From the IMG/VR virus record IMGVR_UViG_2648501839_000008: a DNA stretch of 64,000 nucleotides. One strand, given 5' to 3'. The stretch's first letter is position 1, and each line of letters starts with the position of its first letter. This document shows, piece by piece, positions 37,601-46,177 of this stretch. The notes under the pieces were generated by a model. That model did no database searches. It had not been told where the DNA came from and saw only the letters and a program-made list of their open reading frames with translations. Made by a program: the position numbers and the translations under genes. The stretch comes from a virus. Its lineage: Duplodnaviria; Heunggongvirae; Uroviricota; Caudoviricetes.

Positions 37601-39258
37601 GTTGCCATCGTGGCGAAGGTACTAACCATCTGGCCGCCAGCACCAACTACGCCCATAATCCCTGCACGCATCAGTTTGAACGCAACCATCGCGGCCACGA
37701 CCTTACCGAGATTAATTACCAGCTCTTGGTTCTTTGCTAACCATTGAGCAAGCTGACGCAACCCATCGATTGCCGTCGTTAACCCCGAACCTAAAGAATT
37801 AGCAAACGAAATCCCTTCGGCGCTATTCATGATTGAAGCCAGTTCTTTCATCCCCTTCGATAGAGAATCCAGATATCCGGCCTGACCAACCCGATCAGCA
37901 AATAACGTGAATGACGTCTGAAGTTGCGCCAGCGCACCTGTGTAGGTTTGCATCATGTCTTTCGCTGCGTTCTCATTCTCCGCACGCAGACCAACAAACA
38001 TCAGAGACAACGCCTGTTTTGCCTCAACCGTACCGCTGGCAACGGCTTTAGTCAGTTCCCCCATAGTGATGCCTGCGGCGTCTGCCATTGCCTGCATCGC
38101 GTTAGGAACGGCTTCACCTAATTGCTGACGTAGCTCTTCCATTGACACGACGCCCTTACCGGACATCTGCTGAACGGCCACAGCCGCACGTTTCAACAGC
38201 TCACTATCACCACCAAAACGAGCAACGGAGTCCACCAGCGCCTTCAGAGAGCCATCGGTTGGATCTAAGCCAGCAGAACGAAACTTCACGAAGGAATCTG
38301 TTAACGCCTGCATCGCGAACGGCGCATTTTGAGCCATGTCTACGATGTACTTCATGTCATCGGCGGCAGCCTGGCCAGGGTTAGACTTCTCCTTATTCAA
38401 CCCACGAAGCATCACCCGCATACGTTCCATTTCGGCCGCAGCTTCAACAATAGGCTTCTGCCATCCAAACATGATGTCAGTAACCGTTCTGGCTGCATCT
38501 CCGATCTCGCCAAGCAGGAAAATGTTGCCACGAAGGCCAGAGAACATACCTCCTTCGTTACTTTTACCGCTATGGCCAGAGCCGCTACGCCGCCCGCTGC
38601 CACCATCGCCACTGCCAGATGTACGAACGCGTACCGGCTTGCTAATCAGTTGCTGACGTCCGATAACTTCGTCCATCTGCTCACGAACCTTTTTCAGTCC
38701 CTCGGCAGCCTGGCTCGTTGTGACACCCCAATTACTGAGTCGCTTCGTCGTGGTATTAAGGCGCGTATTCATGCCACTCACGGACGCAGAGGCCTCTTTG
38801 ACCTCCGTACCAAAGCGGCTTGCGCTTTTGCTTGCATAGGTCGACCAATCAGAGAAATCATTTAGCTCTGATTGCACTTTACGTAATGACGCGGTGAGTT
38901 TATCTACTGAAGAAGTTGTCGTATCGACGCGCTCAATCAGGGCTTTAAGACCAGAATTGAGGCTGGTGATGTTACCACGCATTTTACGCGTAGCATCTGA
39001 AGCAAGCTCAAAACCGGCAGCTACATCCTGTAGTTTATCTGCCGTAGAATCGAGCTTGCTTTCCAGAACGCGAATGATACGGGCGACCGAACCCAAAGAG
39101 CGTTCAAAGGTTTGGATTTTTTGAGCAGGCTTTGTTACCTGCTCACCAAATCGAGTAAGCAGTTTCCCCGCACGATCGATTGACGCTGTAAACTGTTTGT
39201 CTTCCAGCGACAGGATAAACTCTACGTTTTGTGACATTCCCTTGTCATCCTCTGCCAA
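34669..39258 (-). CDS. Tail tape measure protein
   Basis: 1529 aa, coiled-coil rich with Gly/Ala-rich hydrophobic central segments; downstream of G/T chaperone genes. Confidence 0.9.
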   Translation of the reverse strand: MAEDDKGMSQNVEFILSLEDKQFTASIDRAGKLLTRFGEQVTKPAQKIQTFERSLGSVARIIRVLESKLDSTADKLQDVAAGFELASDATRKMRGNITSLNSGLKALIERVDTTTSSVDKLTASLRKVQSELNDFSDWSTYASKSASRFGTEVKEASASVSGMNTRLNTTTKRLSNWGVTTSQAAEGLKKVREQMDEVIGRQQLISKPVRVRTSGSGDGGSGRRSGSGHSGKSNEGGMFSGLRGNIFLLGEIGDAARTVTDIMFGWQKPIVEAAAEMERMRVMLRGLNKEKSNPGQAAADDMKYIVDMAQNAPFAMQALTDSFVKFRSAGLDPTDGSLKALVDSVARFGGDSELLKRAAVAVQQMSGKGVVSMEELRQQLGEAVPNAMQAMADAAGITMGELTKAVASGTVEAKQALSLMFVGLRAENENAAKDMMQTYTGALAQLQTSFTLFADRVGQAGYLDSLSKGMKELASIMNSAEGISFANSLGSGLTTAIDGLRQLAQWLAKNQELVINLGKVVAAMVAFKLMRAGIMGVVGAGGQMVSTFATMATAIQTPFNLGATAVTRFNRAARMGLAPIPSLIFAIRGAITGLKGAFAGLTAFIAANPIGAAFTVATVAVAGLITYMTMLRSETSKVVDEIRKIPEAMTAAKRAQMADRAEKLEKQILADQRALKTGEGVNYVSNSAGVITHKESKADIEARLKKNQEEYQKITGTIALGDGAVAKRLAKEAAESQIEKIRAENQIFAATFVKARQEALDKIQKINDDGSLSDDEKNKLLAPLRETVNKSYLEPAQKLVDSLSSRKNATEKQIATLNDQLEKAKKDGNTEQIQKLQGSIRGYQEHLEAVAQELTQAEFERDNAAKTGKGVMSNQGTVLGLGTTDKAAQKALAQYMRNQMDSATYQRTLPDGTPMKDFEGKPIIGPKQLKTQLNLQKASSASSLEKMSDEERAAAIAALTKAREQDAAAAEKAAQRSANASQRAAKKEQAAQQKLAAGYQKALDKADQLMGQMGESSKATVSFDQSLRDTTKSLTDLANAVPNEFITQEMIDKAKKRLEDLKNATPEYREMFNRRNVEQMISTWAPEADSIISAGYTPSREEKVADFEDTYNRNLKALIELRDKASDPKVVALYTKKINQLIAAGNTALIKETGTATQKLALEYENLAEQIESTWTDLFSGLTDVLTDFVINGKMSFSSLSQSILKDITNMVVKSQITLPLMNMLGMGTTAAGSSQSGNLLTGVASAVANQGVRMGNTVNGDKSVGEATKETSSSVTGLGQTTQQTTSAIGTATNAIGSWVSGLFDSTEAKDAETKAVKDSIFSMQNLSSVTGALSAAFAMLGANASGSGNKWLNFGATVASGLVSVWAGGGFDGLMSGSSGSTSGFNNLTSSAADGTNGIPAIPKFANGGIFGKDGVIPLRAYQKGGIANSPQLALFGEGDMNEAYVPLPDGRTIPVTLSTDGMSGGGNVLSPVSIEINVHSDGSTTESGDTESIWNNAAQRMKAIALETIAQEKRPGGSLNPNTQRN

Positions 39259-39514
39259 ATATTTGCATCAGTTGCTCTTTGGCGTCAGGGTCTGCCTTAT
39301 CCTGGCTTGGATCGTAGACTTTATCTGTTACGACTGGTCTTCCAATCCTGAGTTGCAAACCCTCCATGAACGCCTTCACAGCCTCGCCATCCGCCTGGGA
39401 CGCACGAGCGACTTGTAAGTTGCGGACATCCTCTTCCGCACGCAGACGGTCTATATTGCGACTGAGCATCCAGAACATCGTGAGAGGAACGTTCAGTAGC
39501 TCTAATGGCGACAC
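39245..39514 (-). CDS. Tail assembly chaperone extension (gpT-like; possible frameshift product with upstream gpG-like)
   Basis: Small ORF between gpG-like gene and tape measure gene, overlapping tape measure start. Confidence 0.4.
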   Translation of the reverse strand: MSPLELLNVPLTMFWMLSRNIDRLRAEEDVRNLQVARASQADGEAVKAFMEGLQLRIGRPVVTDKVYDPSQDKADPDAKEQLMQIFGRG

Positions 39515-39594
39515 GGCGTAGTGAGCAACTACACGACTGAAATAGAATCCGAGATCTATTGAGACGGTCCTTGTCCCGGATTCATCACGGGAAA

Positions 39595-39912
39595 TTACTT
39601 TGCCCCTTCGCCAGCCGCTTTTTCGTTTTCTTCATCAATCACTTCCATAGCGAAGGTGAAGATCTGCTGGAGTTGCGGAACAGTCAGTTTTTCAAGAACT
39701 TCATCAGGCACTGAAGGGATAACCTTACGAACCAGATCTGCATAAGCTGTCACTTGCTCAACAGGAGACATGTTCATGAGATCTTTGCCTTCCATCTGCT
39801 TGATGGAAACGAACAAACCTACCGTCATTTCAACGATGGGATATTCCTGACCGCCAAATTTGATGCTTTTCTTCGGAGGCAGAATGGAATCGAGATCGAG
39901 TAATTTGGTCAT
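39595..39912 (-). CDS. Tail assembly chaperone, gpG-like
   Basis: 105 aa acidic protein immediately downstream of major tail gene. Confidence 0.55.
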   Translation of the reverse strand: MTKLLDLDSILPPKKSIKFGGQEYPIVEMTVGLFVSIKQMEGKDLMNMSPVEQVTAYADLVRKVIPSVPDEVLEKLTVPQLQQIFTFAMEVIDEENEKAAGEGAK

Positions 39913-39967
39913 TGGTTAAAATCCTTTTAAAAGAGAGGCTCATCCTGAGCCTCTGCTTAATTACTGA

Positions 39968-40750
39968 TTAACCTGCGGAGTTAATCGTTACTGACTTAGT
40001 AGCCTTCTTAGAACCGCTATTGCTGGTGAAGGAGATGTTTGCAGTACCCTGCGCCACACCGCGCACAAGACCCGTTTGATCTACCGTGGCCTTTTCCTGG
40101 TCTTCGGATTCCCAAACACCGGTTTTGTCTGCGGCATCAGCTGGAGTGATTTCGGCTGTCAGTTGCACAGTTTCTCCAGCTTTTACGGTTGGAGATTCCG
40201 GTGCGATCGACACAGTTTTTACCGGTTTAGGGCCGCTCATTCTTCCCAGAACGCCTTCGTCATCAGGGTATGCGCTGAACTGAACAGAGAACACACGAAC
40301 ATCATCAGACTGGTAGGTCATAGTGAAGTTGCCCGCGGTTGCCGCTTTCGGGATGGTCAACACATAGTCGGTGGTGTCCTGCGGAGTCAGAACCAGCTCC
40401 TTCGCCACATCAATCAGGTTAACGCCCTGTGCAGATGTGATCGTGACAGAGTTGTCATCTTCGCTCAGAGTAGAACCAGGCATCAGGTCAACCATGTTTT
40501 GGAGTACAGACTCAGCCAGAGGCGCGGTGATGGTAATGTTGCGCCCCTGAACTAATTCGGAAATTACGGTCTGCCCCAACTGATCGACGGTGACTTTCAG
40601 CGTTTCAGTGGCTACTTCAACCTGAACACCACCTTTGGTGTAACCCAAATCCACACCACCAAACGACACCTTACAGGCACCAAGTTTGATGTTTTTTACA
40701 TGGGTATTAGACATTGATGGAAAACTCCTTTTTCCGTTAATTCTACGCAT
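39968..40750 (-). CDS. Major tail protein (gpV-like) with C-terminal Big_2 Ig-like domain
   Basis: Position; C-terminal Ig-like segment VKAGETVQLTAEITPADAADKTGVWESEDQEKATVDQTGLVRGVAQGTANISF. Confidence 0.75.
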   Translation of the reverse strand: MRRINGKRSFPSMSNTHVKNIKLGACKVSFGGVDLGYTKGGVQVEVATETLKVTVDQLGQTVISELVQGRNITITAPLAESVLQNMVDLMPGSTLSEDDNSVTITSAQGVNLIDVAKELVLTPQDTTDYVLTIPKAATAGNFTMTYQSDDVRVFSVQFSAYPDDEGVLGRMSGPKPVKTVSIAPESPTVKAGETVQLTAEITPADAADKTGVWESEDQEKATVDQTGLVRGVAQGTANISFTSNSGSKKATKSVTINSAG

Positions 40751-40764
40751 TCATTGCGCTAATA

Positions 40765-40786
40765 GTAAGTATATACTTACTAATTG
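40765..40786. promoter_or_regulatory. O1 palindromic motif (perfect 16-bp palindrome GTAAGTATATACTTAC)
   Basis: Read directly in gap upstream of major tail gene. Confidence 0.45.
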
Positions 40787-40788
40787 AG

Positions 40789-41295
40789 TTAATTCAATAA
40801 ATAGCCAGCAAATTCAACAGGAATGCCTGCTTCTATTAATGCCCCATCATTTTTGGGATAAATGATTGGCATCGCCATCGGTCGTACAAGTCGAAAATAA
40901 ACACCACCAGATTCCGTTTCCTCTACTGGAAACATCTCAATGATTTTATTGGCTTTCTCAACCGTCGTAGTAATTGACGAACCACGCACAATGATTGTGA
41001 ATGATTCGAGATAAAAGCCCTGTAGCTCATGATCGATGCTGATACCGGTATTTGGGTTAATAAGCAGGACGCCAGATTTCACATTGGCAGGCAAGTAGTG
41101 ACAGAAAATGTCAGTCCCGACCGTGCCAATCTTTGCCTTCTGCATCAAACTTGCAAACGCTTCAATAAACACATTAACCTCTCGTAAATCCGGCTTTTCT
41201 GGCAGCCTCAAGAATCGCTTCTGAGAACTGCTTCTCGCTAATTTCCACCGCTCTTTCCAGAAAGTGTGGCCCAACACGGGGTTTAACACCGGCAA
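40789..41295 (-). CDS. Tail terminator (gpU-like), start uncertain
   Basis: Position upstream of major tail gene; overlaps upstream ORF so true start is probably an internal Met. Confidence 0.4.
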   Translation of the reverse strand: MPVLNPVLGHTFWKERWKLARSSSQKRFLRLPEKPDLREVNVFIEAFASLMQKAKIGTVGTDIFCHYLPANVKSGVLLINPNTGISIDHELQGFYLESFTIIVRGSSITTTVEKANKIIEMFPVEETESGGVYFRLVRPMAMPIIYPKNDGALIEAGIPVEFAGYLLN

Positions 41296-41647
41296 TTGGT
41301 GGGTTTGTCACGTTCTTCATTCGAGAAAGATAACCGAGTCGGTATTTACCCAGCTCCATGTACTTAGCATAGTCACCTACTTCTACGCCCGGATGCCCCT
41401 GACGTGGTTTTGCTCCAGACACAGAAAGCTCAATACGCAGCCCTGAATAACCTTCTTTAATCACCCTGGCAAAGATGGCTGTCTCCAGAGATCCGGTTTC
41501 CAGCGGGGCCATTGCACGGCTGAGACGCTCAACCAAACGCGCCAGCTTTTCCATGTCCCGAATAAGATATCGCTTAAATGCTTTCTGGCTGTTGTTGAGT
41601 CTATTCCCCGCACGTTTGAACTGATGCGCATCGTATTTCAGACCCAT
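41174..41647 (-). CDS. Tail completion / head-tail joining protein (gpZ-like)
   Basis: 157 aa, gene order. Confidence 0.4.
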   Translation of the reverse strand: MGLKYDAHQFKRAGNRLNNSQKAFKRYLIRDMEKLARLVERLSRAMAPLETGSLETAIFARVIKEGYSGLRIELSVSGAKPRQGHPGVEVGDYAKYMELGKYRLGYLSRMKNVTNPPIAGVKPRVGPHFLERAVEISEKQFSEAILEAARKAGFTRG

Positions 41648-42078
41648 ATATTCGCCCCTACTTCAAGATGCCCAGGTCTTCCTCGTAGCCCCCAGCGGCG
41701 ATGAACACTGGACACCTTTAATTTTTGACCTTCAAGGATCAGTACATCATCAAGTTGTACAGCCGCTTCCAAAGGGACAACTAACACAGCATCAAACAGC
41801 TCCAGACTCGCCTTACCACGACTACCAGAGCTATCAGCACGAACTGACGATTTCTCATTACTCTGTTCGAACTTAACCACGCCGACATTCGTCTTCCTGA
41901 CGAATTGTAATTGCGCCTCACCGTAAACGTTCTTTGCGCCAAAGCGGTAGATCGCAATTTCTGTTTGCCATGAAATATTCATGCTCTCTCCCTGTTGTTG
42001 TCGGTCGCTCTCATTACTGGCCAAAAACCCTTTAGACCAAAAGTAAATAATGCGACTGGCGTTACGCACGGCGAACAA
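41638..42078 (-). CDS. Head-tail connector protein (gpFII-like), tentative
   Basis: Gene order; start probably internal Met. Confidence 0.35.
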   Translation of the reverse strand: MFAVRNASRIIYFWSKGFLASNESDRQQQGESMNISWQTEIAIYRFGAKNVYGEAQLQFVRKTNVGVVKFEQSNEKSSVRADSSGSRGKASLELFDAVLVVPLEAAVQLDDVLILEGQKLKVSSVHRRWGLRGRPGHLEVGANIWV

Positions 42079-42895
42079 TCATACGGTTGTTGATGTAACT
42101 GACCAGCAAGCGCCAGGTACTACGAGCCACATGCACGTTTGCAGCTTTACCGGTACGGTACATGTTGGTTGTTTCACCGATGGACTCTGACAAAATGCCA
42201 TCCTCTCGTGCTGCGGCTACATCATTGCCATTTGCGATCTCACACGCTTCGTTGACAACGGCAAGCATCAACGCTTCTTTGAAGTAGTCAGGGAACTCTT
42301 CAAACTTCTCCTGCGTCATCTTTTCCCAATCGACTAAATCATGCCGGTACGCTCCATCTGCTCCCCACGGAATGTCATACACATTCAGCATATTTTGAGG
42401 GCGATCGTATCGGTCAAAGTCGATACGTAGAATTTTGCGGATTGAGAACGGTAAAGTTTTAATTCGTCTGGTAGCCTCAATGAGACGCTTGCGCATTAAG
42501 CCTTCACCATCCGACAGCAAAGTGTCCCCATTCAGCATATCGATCGCCTGCATTTGAGCATCAGCGACAGTTGCAAACGACTGTTCTGGTATCGACAGTT
42601 CAAAACTATTCAGCAGAACATACATTTGCCGCTCTTCATGCGTCAGACCCGATGCAACAGCCTTCACAATGACGTACCGCAGATCTCGCTCTTTCACAGA
42701 GAGCTGGTTATATTCAGCCGACACGACAACCGGAATCGACATTTGACCGCTGGTAATTTCTAGCGGCTCGCCATCAACGAGAATAGCCCCGGTGCTGTCC
42801 TTTACTGTGTAGGTGGCAGATTCGATATCCAGCACGTTGAAGGCAAATGAAAGAGAAACAGCTTCACCGCTACGATACGAGTCGATCTGCGCCAT
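42062..42895 (-). CDS. Hypothetical head/connector-associated protein
   Basis: 277-aa ORF in head-tail joining region. Confidence 0.4.
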   Translation of the reverse strand: MAQIDSYRSGEAVSLSFAFNVLDIESATYTVKDSTGAILVDGEPLEITSGQMSIPVVVSAEYNQLSVKERDLRYVIVKAVASGLTHEERQMYVLLNSFELSIPEQSFATVADAQMQAIDMLNGDTLLSDGEGLMRKRLIEATRRIKTLPFSIRKILRIDFDRYDRPQNMLNVYDIPWGADGAYRHDLVDWEKMTQEKFEEFPDYFKEALMLAVVNEACEIANGNDVAAAREDGILSESIGETTNMYRTGKAANVHVARSTWRLLVSYINNRMIVRRA

Positions 42896-43329
42896 TACTC
42901 ACCGCCTTGTGCTTTCAGGATGCCGTCAATCATTTCGACAATTCCTTTCGCTTTGACACCAACCTGATTACCAATAACTCGTAGACCGGCAATACCTTCG
43001 TTGTCTGCAATTGACTCCAGCTCTTCTCGTGTGAAAGTCTGGATCTGTTTGGCCGGTTCATCTGGTGTCCCACGTTTCATTGGCACAATGTCAGGCGCTG
43101 CTGGCTCGGTAATCAGGTCTGCTGTCAATTCACCACGATCACTGTATGCGGCAGACGGAGAAACATTTTTGCCCTCTACTGTTGACGCTCGCATTGAAGC
43201 ACAAATCCTCTGCTGATCGATAAAAGGCAACTCCGCTACGGATACCCCGTTCTCGAACTGAACGCCACACAGCATTCCCGAATAACCGGAAAATTGCGGT
43301 TCTAATAAAACAATTTTTGCTGGTTTCAT
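42895..43329 (-). CDS. Hypothetical head-associated protein
   Basis: 144-aa ORF; start overlaps stop of upstream gene. Confidence 0.4.
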   Translation of the reverse strand: MKPAKIVLLEPQFSGYSGMLCGVQFENGVSVAELPFIDQQRICASMRASTVEGKNVSPSAAYSDRGELTADLITEPAAPDIVPMKRGTPDEPAKQIQTFTREELESIADNEGIAGLRVIGNQVGVKAKGIVEMIDGILKAQGGE

Positions 43330-43373
43330 AACGCTTTCTCTCCACTTGGGCGGCGAAAGCCGCCCAATATCGG

Positions 43374-44294
43374 TTATTCCTGTGCGGCAGTAACTTCTAC
43401 AGTTGCTGTCGCTTTGTGGCTACCATCTTGGGTAGTAACCTCGATTGTGGCAGTACCAGCCGCAACACCAGTTACAACACCGGTTTCGCTGTCAACCGTT
43501 GCAAACTCGGTATTTTTGGATTCCCAAGTAACGGTTTTATTTGTGGCTCCTGCCGGCTCGACATTTGCTGTCAGCTGAACAGTTTTGTTTGCCTCAACGG
43601 TTGTGCTATTTGGGTCGATTTCGACGCCGGTAACAGCCACAACAGGCGCAGTTACTTCCACCGTTGCAGTTGCCTTTTTGCTGCCATCTTGGGAAACGAT
43701 CTCAATCGTCGCAGTGCCAACTTCTACACCAGTAACGTTCCCGCTCTGGTCTACCGTTGCCTTATCTTCATTTTTGGAAGACCAGGTAACAGCCTTATTC
43801 GTCGCATTTGACGGCTGAACATTCGCTTTCAGACTGACTGATTTCCCTTTCTCAACAGACGTTGATTCTGGCGTTACCGTTACGGATTGAACGGCTACCG
43901 GATTTACGGTGACTTCCACTGAAGCGGAAAGCTGGGTTTCCTGATCAGTTGCAGTAATTTTTACTTTGCCTGGTGCTACGCCAGTTACTAATCCAGTGCC
44001 GTTAACGGTTGCAATTTGGTCATTGGCTGACTTCCAGGTGAATGAACTGGCACTCTTACCCATACTAATACCTGCACTAAGTTGAACAGTTTTCCCAACC
44101 AAAACTGACGGTGAAGCCGGGGTTATGTTTACGGATTGGGAGAGGGGAACCGCCTGCAAACAAGCAGATAGCTGACTTTGTTGCCGCTCGGTTAAAGGTT
44201 CATCGGAGATAGAATTGGTAAATCCGGCACGGCACATATGCCCCGTAAAATCCGAAAATGCCTCTTCCGTAATCTTCATCTTTTGTTCTGGCAT
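43374..44294 (-). CDS. Ig-like (three tandem Big_2 domains) virion surface/decoration protein
   Basis: Three tandem repeats of about 85 aa (…VTGVAPGKVKITATDQ…, …VTGVEVGTATIEIVSQDGSKKATATVEVTA, …VTGVAAGTATIEVTTQDGSHKATATVEVTA); immediately downstream of major capsid gene. Confidence 0.7.
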   Translation of the reverse strand: MPEQKMKITEEAFSDFTGHMCRAGFTNSISDEPLTERQQSQLSACLQAVPLSQSVNITPASPSVLVGKTVQLSAGISMGKSASSFTWKSANDQIATVNGTGLVTGVAPGKVKITATDQETQLSASVEVTVNPVAVQSVTVTPESTSVEKGKSVSLKANVQPSNATNKAVTWSSKNEDKATVDQSGNVTGVEVGTATIEIVSQDGSKKATATVEVTAPVVAVTGVEIDPNSTTVEANKTVQLTANVEPAGATNKTVTWESKNTEFATVDSETGVVTGVAAGTATIEVTTQDGSHKATATVEVTAAQE

Positions 44295-44367
44295 TTCTCG
44301 CTCCTACAAAAAGGGTGGGCGTATAGCCCACCCTTTAACATAGATAACTACTTATCTACTGCACTGA

Positions 44368-45243
44368 TTAAATTTTTACATTGGTCAGTGCAGCGATAGC
44401 CTTATCGTGCTTATTCGCCAGAGAGCAGTACCACTTCACACGGGTACGTACTGCGTCTTTGTTCTGTACAGTACCAATGTTTTCAACAACGATACCTGCG
44501 TTATCGCCGCCATACAGACCAGTAACGCCGTTCTCTTCTGACAGATGCAAGCAGTAGATGCTTGCTTTGCCAGAATCAGTCGGGATGAAGTCGTTGATGA
44601 TGAACGGAACGCCGTTATGACACAGCATCGGACGACCGAAGTTCTCCATCATGATTTCAGACGGACCTACGTTTACTGTACGCAGCAGCGCACGGTAAGC
44701 ACGAAGGTGCTCTGAACGCATCATGATGCAGTCAGCACCAAGATCTTTCACCGCATCGACCAGTTCGTCGAACATAGAGAAAGTCATAGATGCACCGGCG
44801 ATATCGATCTTCTGATCTGCGTGCATCAGGCGTGGAATGCCGTCAAACGCTTTGTTGTTGGTGCTGGAGTCACCCAAAATCAGATTGCGACGGAACGCAC
44901 GAGCCAGACCTTTAACTTTCTGACGAACCTGAATAGCCAACTGGTTATTGGTGTCGGCCATAGTGGTTGCCAGGAATTTATCAACGTCTACGTCACCAGC
45001 CAGAATACGCAGTTTCGCAACGCATTCTTCGAAGGTTGCTGCACCTTCCGGGATGGTGTCGTTAACGTCGATGAAGGTAGCTTCACTCAGCGTTTTTTCA
45101 CGGTTGTACAGATATGCCTTTGAAGTAATTTTCATAAAAGGCAGGATGGCAAACAGGTCATCGCGATCGATGATGGTTTCAATCACGCCCTGTTCAAGTT
45201 CGTTGTTAGACAGCTTTTCAGCTTCTTCACGCAGTAATGGCAT
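44368..45243 (-). CDS. Major capsid protein (by position and size)
   Basis: 291 aa; follows scaffold and portal genes in canonical order. Confidence 0.6.
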   Translation of the reverse strand: MPLLREEAEKLSNNELEQGVIETIIDRDDLFAILPFMKITSKAYLYNREKTLSEATFIDVNDTIPEGAATFEECVAKLRILAGDVDVDKFLATTMADTNNQLAIQVRQKVKGLARAFRRNLILGDSSTNNKAFDGIPRLMHADQKIDIAGASMTFSMFDELVDAVKDLGADCIMMRSEHLRAYRALLRTVNVGPSEIMMENFGRPMLCHNGVPFIINDFIPTDSGKASIYCLHLSEENGVTGLYGGDNAGIVVENIGTVQNKDAVRTRVKWYCSLANKHDKAIAALTNVKI

Positions 45244-45268
45244 CTATCAATTCCCTTTGATTTAGATG

Positions 45269-46156
45269 TTACTTAAGTCCAATTTTCCCCAGACCGGAGG
45301 CCAACTTATCCATAGTCGACTTGTTCTTCGGTTGGGATATTGTGTAGGTCGATTTGGAATGTGAGCCTACACCCTGCTTGGCTTCGCTACGCATCAATGC
45401 GTCAGCTTCCGGATCTGCCCGCACAATGCGTTCAATCGCGGATTCAAACGGCAACGGCTTACCTTCACCGTCAACCAGAACAGCTCGTTCTTTATGACCT
45501 GCCGGTTTGTCATAACCCACTACGCTACCGTCTTCACCCACTTCAAAATGAGAACCGTAGATCACGCGGGCTTTTGCCGGAGTCATCAGAACTTTGTCAC
45601 GTAGGAAGAGAGAGTTACTGAAGGAAGCGCCCACGGTCATCTCGACTAATTGAGATTTCAGTGATGCGTTTTCACTTTCCAGTGCTGCATAACGTTCGTC
45701 ACGCTGTGCCAGCTCTGCCTGGTGTGCTTCGATCATCTGTTTTTTAACAGCATCGAACTCACCACGACGCTCCAGTTCAGCTTGCTCCGCCTCACGACGT
45801 GCGTTTTCTGCGGCCTGTTCAGCTTCTAAAAGCTGGCGAGCACGCGCCGGGTCGATTTCACCGTACTGAGCAAGCTGATCGGCCAATGTGCGCTCTTTCT
45901 CTTTGCGCTTCATGTTCTCTTTCAGCAGTTCAGCACCAGCTTTCTTGGTTTTGCGAAGTTCGGCCAGTAACTCTTCATGAGTCATGCCAGCGTATTCGTC
46001 ATCACCCTTCGGCTGCTCTTTTTGTTCACCCTGCTTGTCAGGATCTTGTGTACTCTGCTCATTATCAGCAGCTACACCGCCAGCGCCCCCACGCTCATGC
46101 GCTTCAGCAACATCCATCAGACCACGACGGGCCAAAAGCATTTGCCACAGTTTCAT
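45269..46156 (-). CDS. Scaffolding protein
   Basis: Highly charged coiled-coil sequence (ELLAELRKTKKAGAELLKENMKRKEKERTLADQLAQ...) between portal and capsid genes. Confidence 0.55.
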   Translation of the reverse strand: MKLWQMLLARRGLMDVAEAHERGGAGGVAADNEQSTQDPDKQGEQKEQPKGDDEYAGMTHEELLAELRKTKKAGAELLKENMKRKEKERTLADQLAQYGEIDPARARQLLEAEQAAENARREAEQAELERRGEFDAVKKQMIEAHQAELAQRDERYAALESENASLKSQLVEMTVGASFSNSLFLRDKVLMTPAKARVIYGSHFEVGEDGSVVGYDKPAGHKERAVLVDGEGKPLPFESAIERIVRADPEADALMRSEAKQGVGSHSKSTYTISQPKNKSTMDKLASGLGKIGLK

Positions 46157-46177
46157 AAAAATTCCCTTTGTTACTTA

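Noticed and set aside
37301-38865. Plus-strand ORFs of 148-178 aa antisense to the tape measure gene
   Set aside because: They lie entirely inside the 1529-aa tape measure gene on the opposite strand, with no RBS context and biased composition; treated as spurious.
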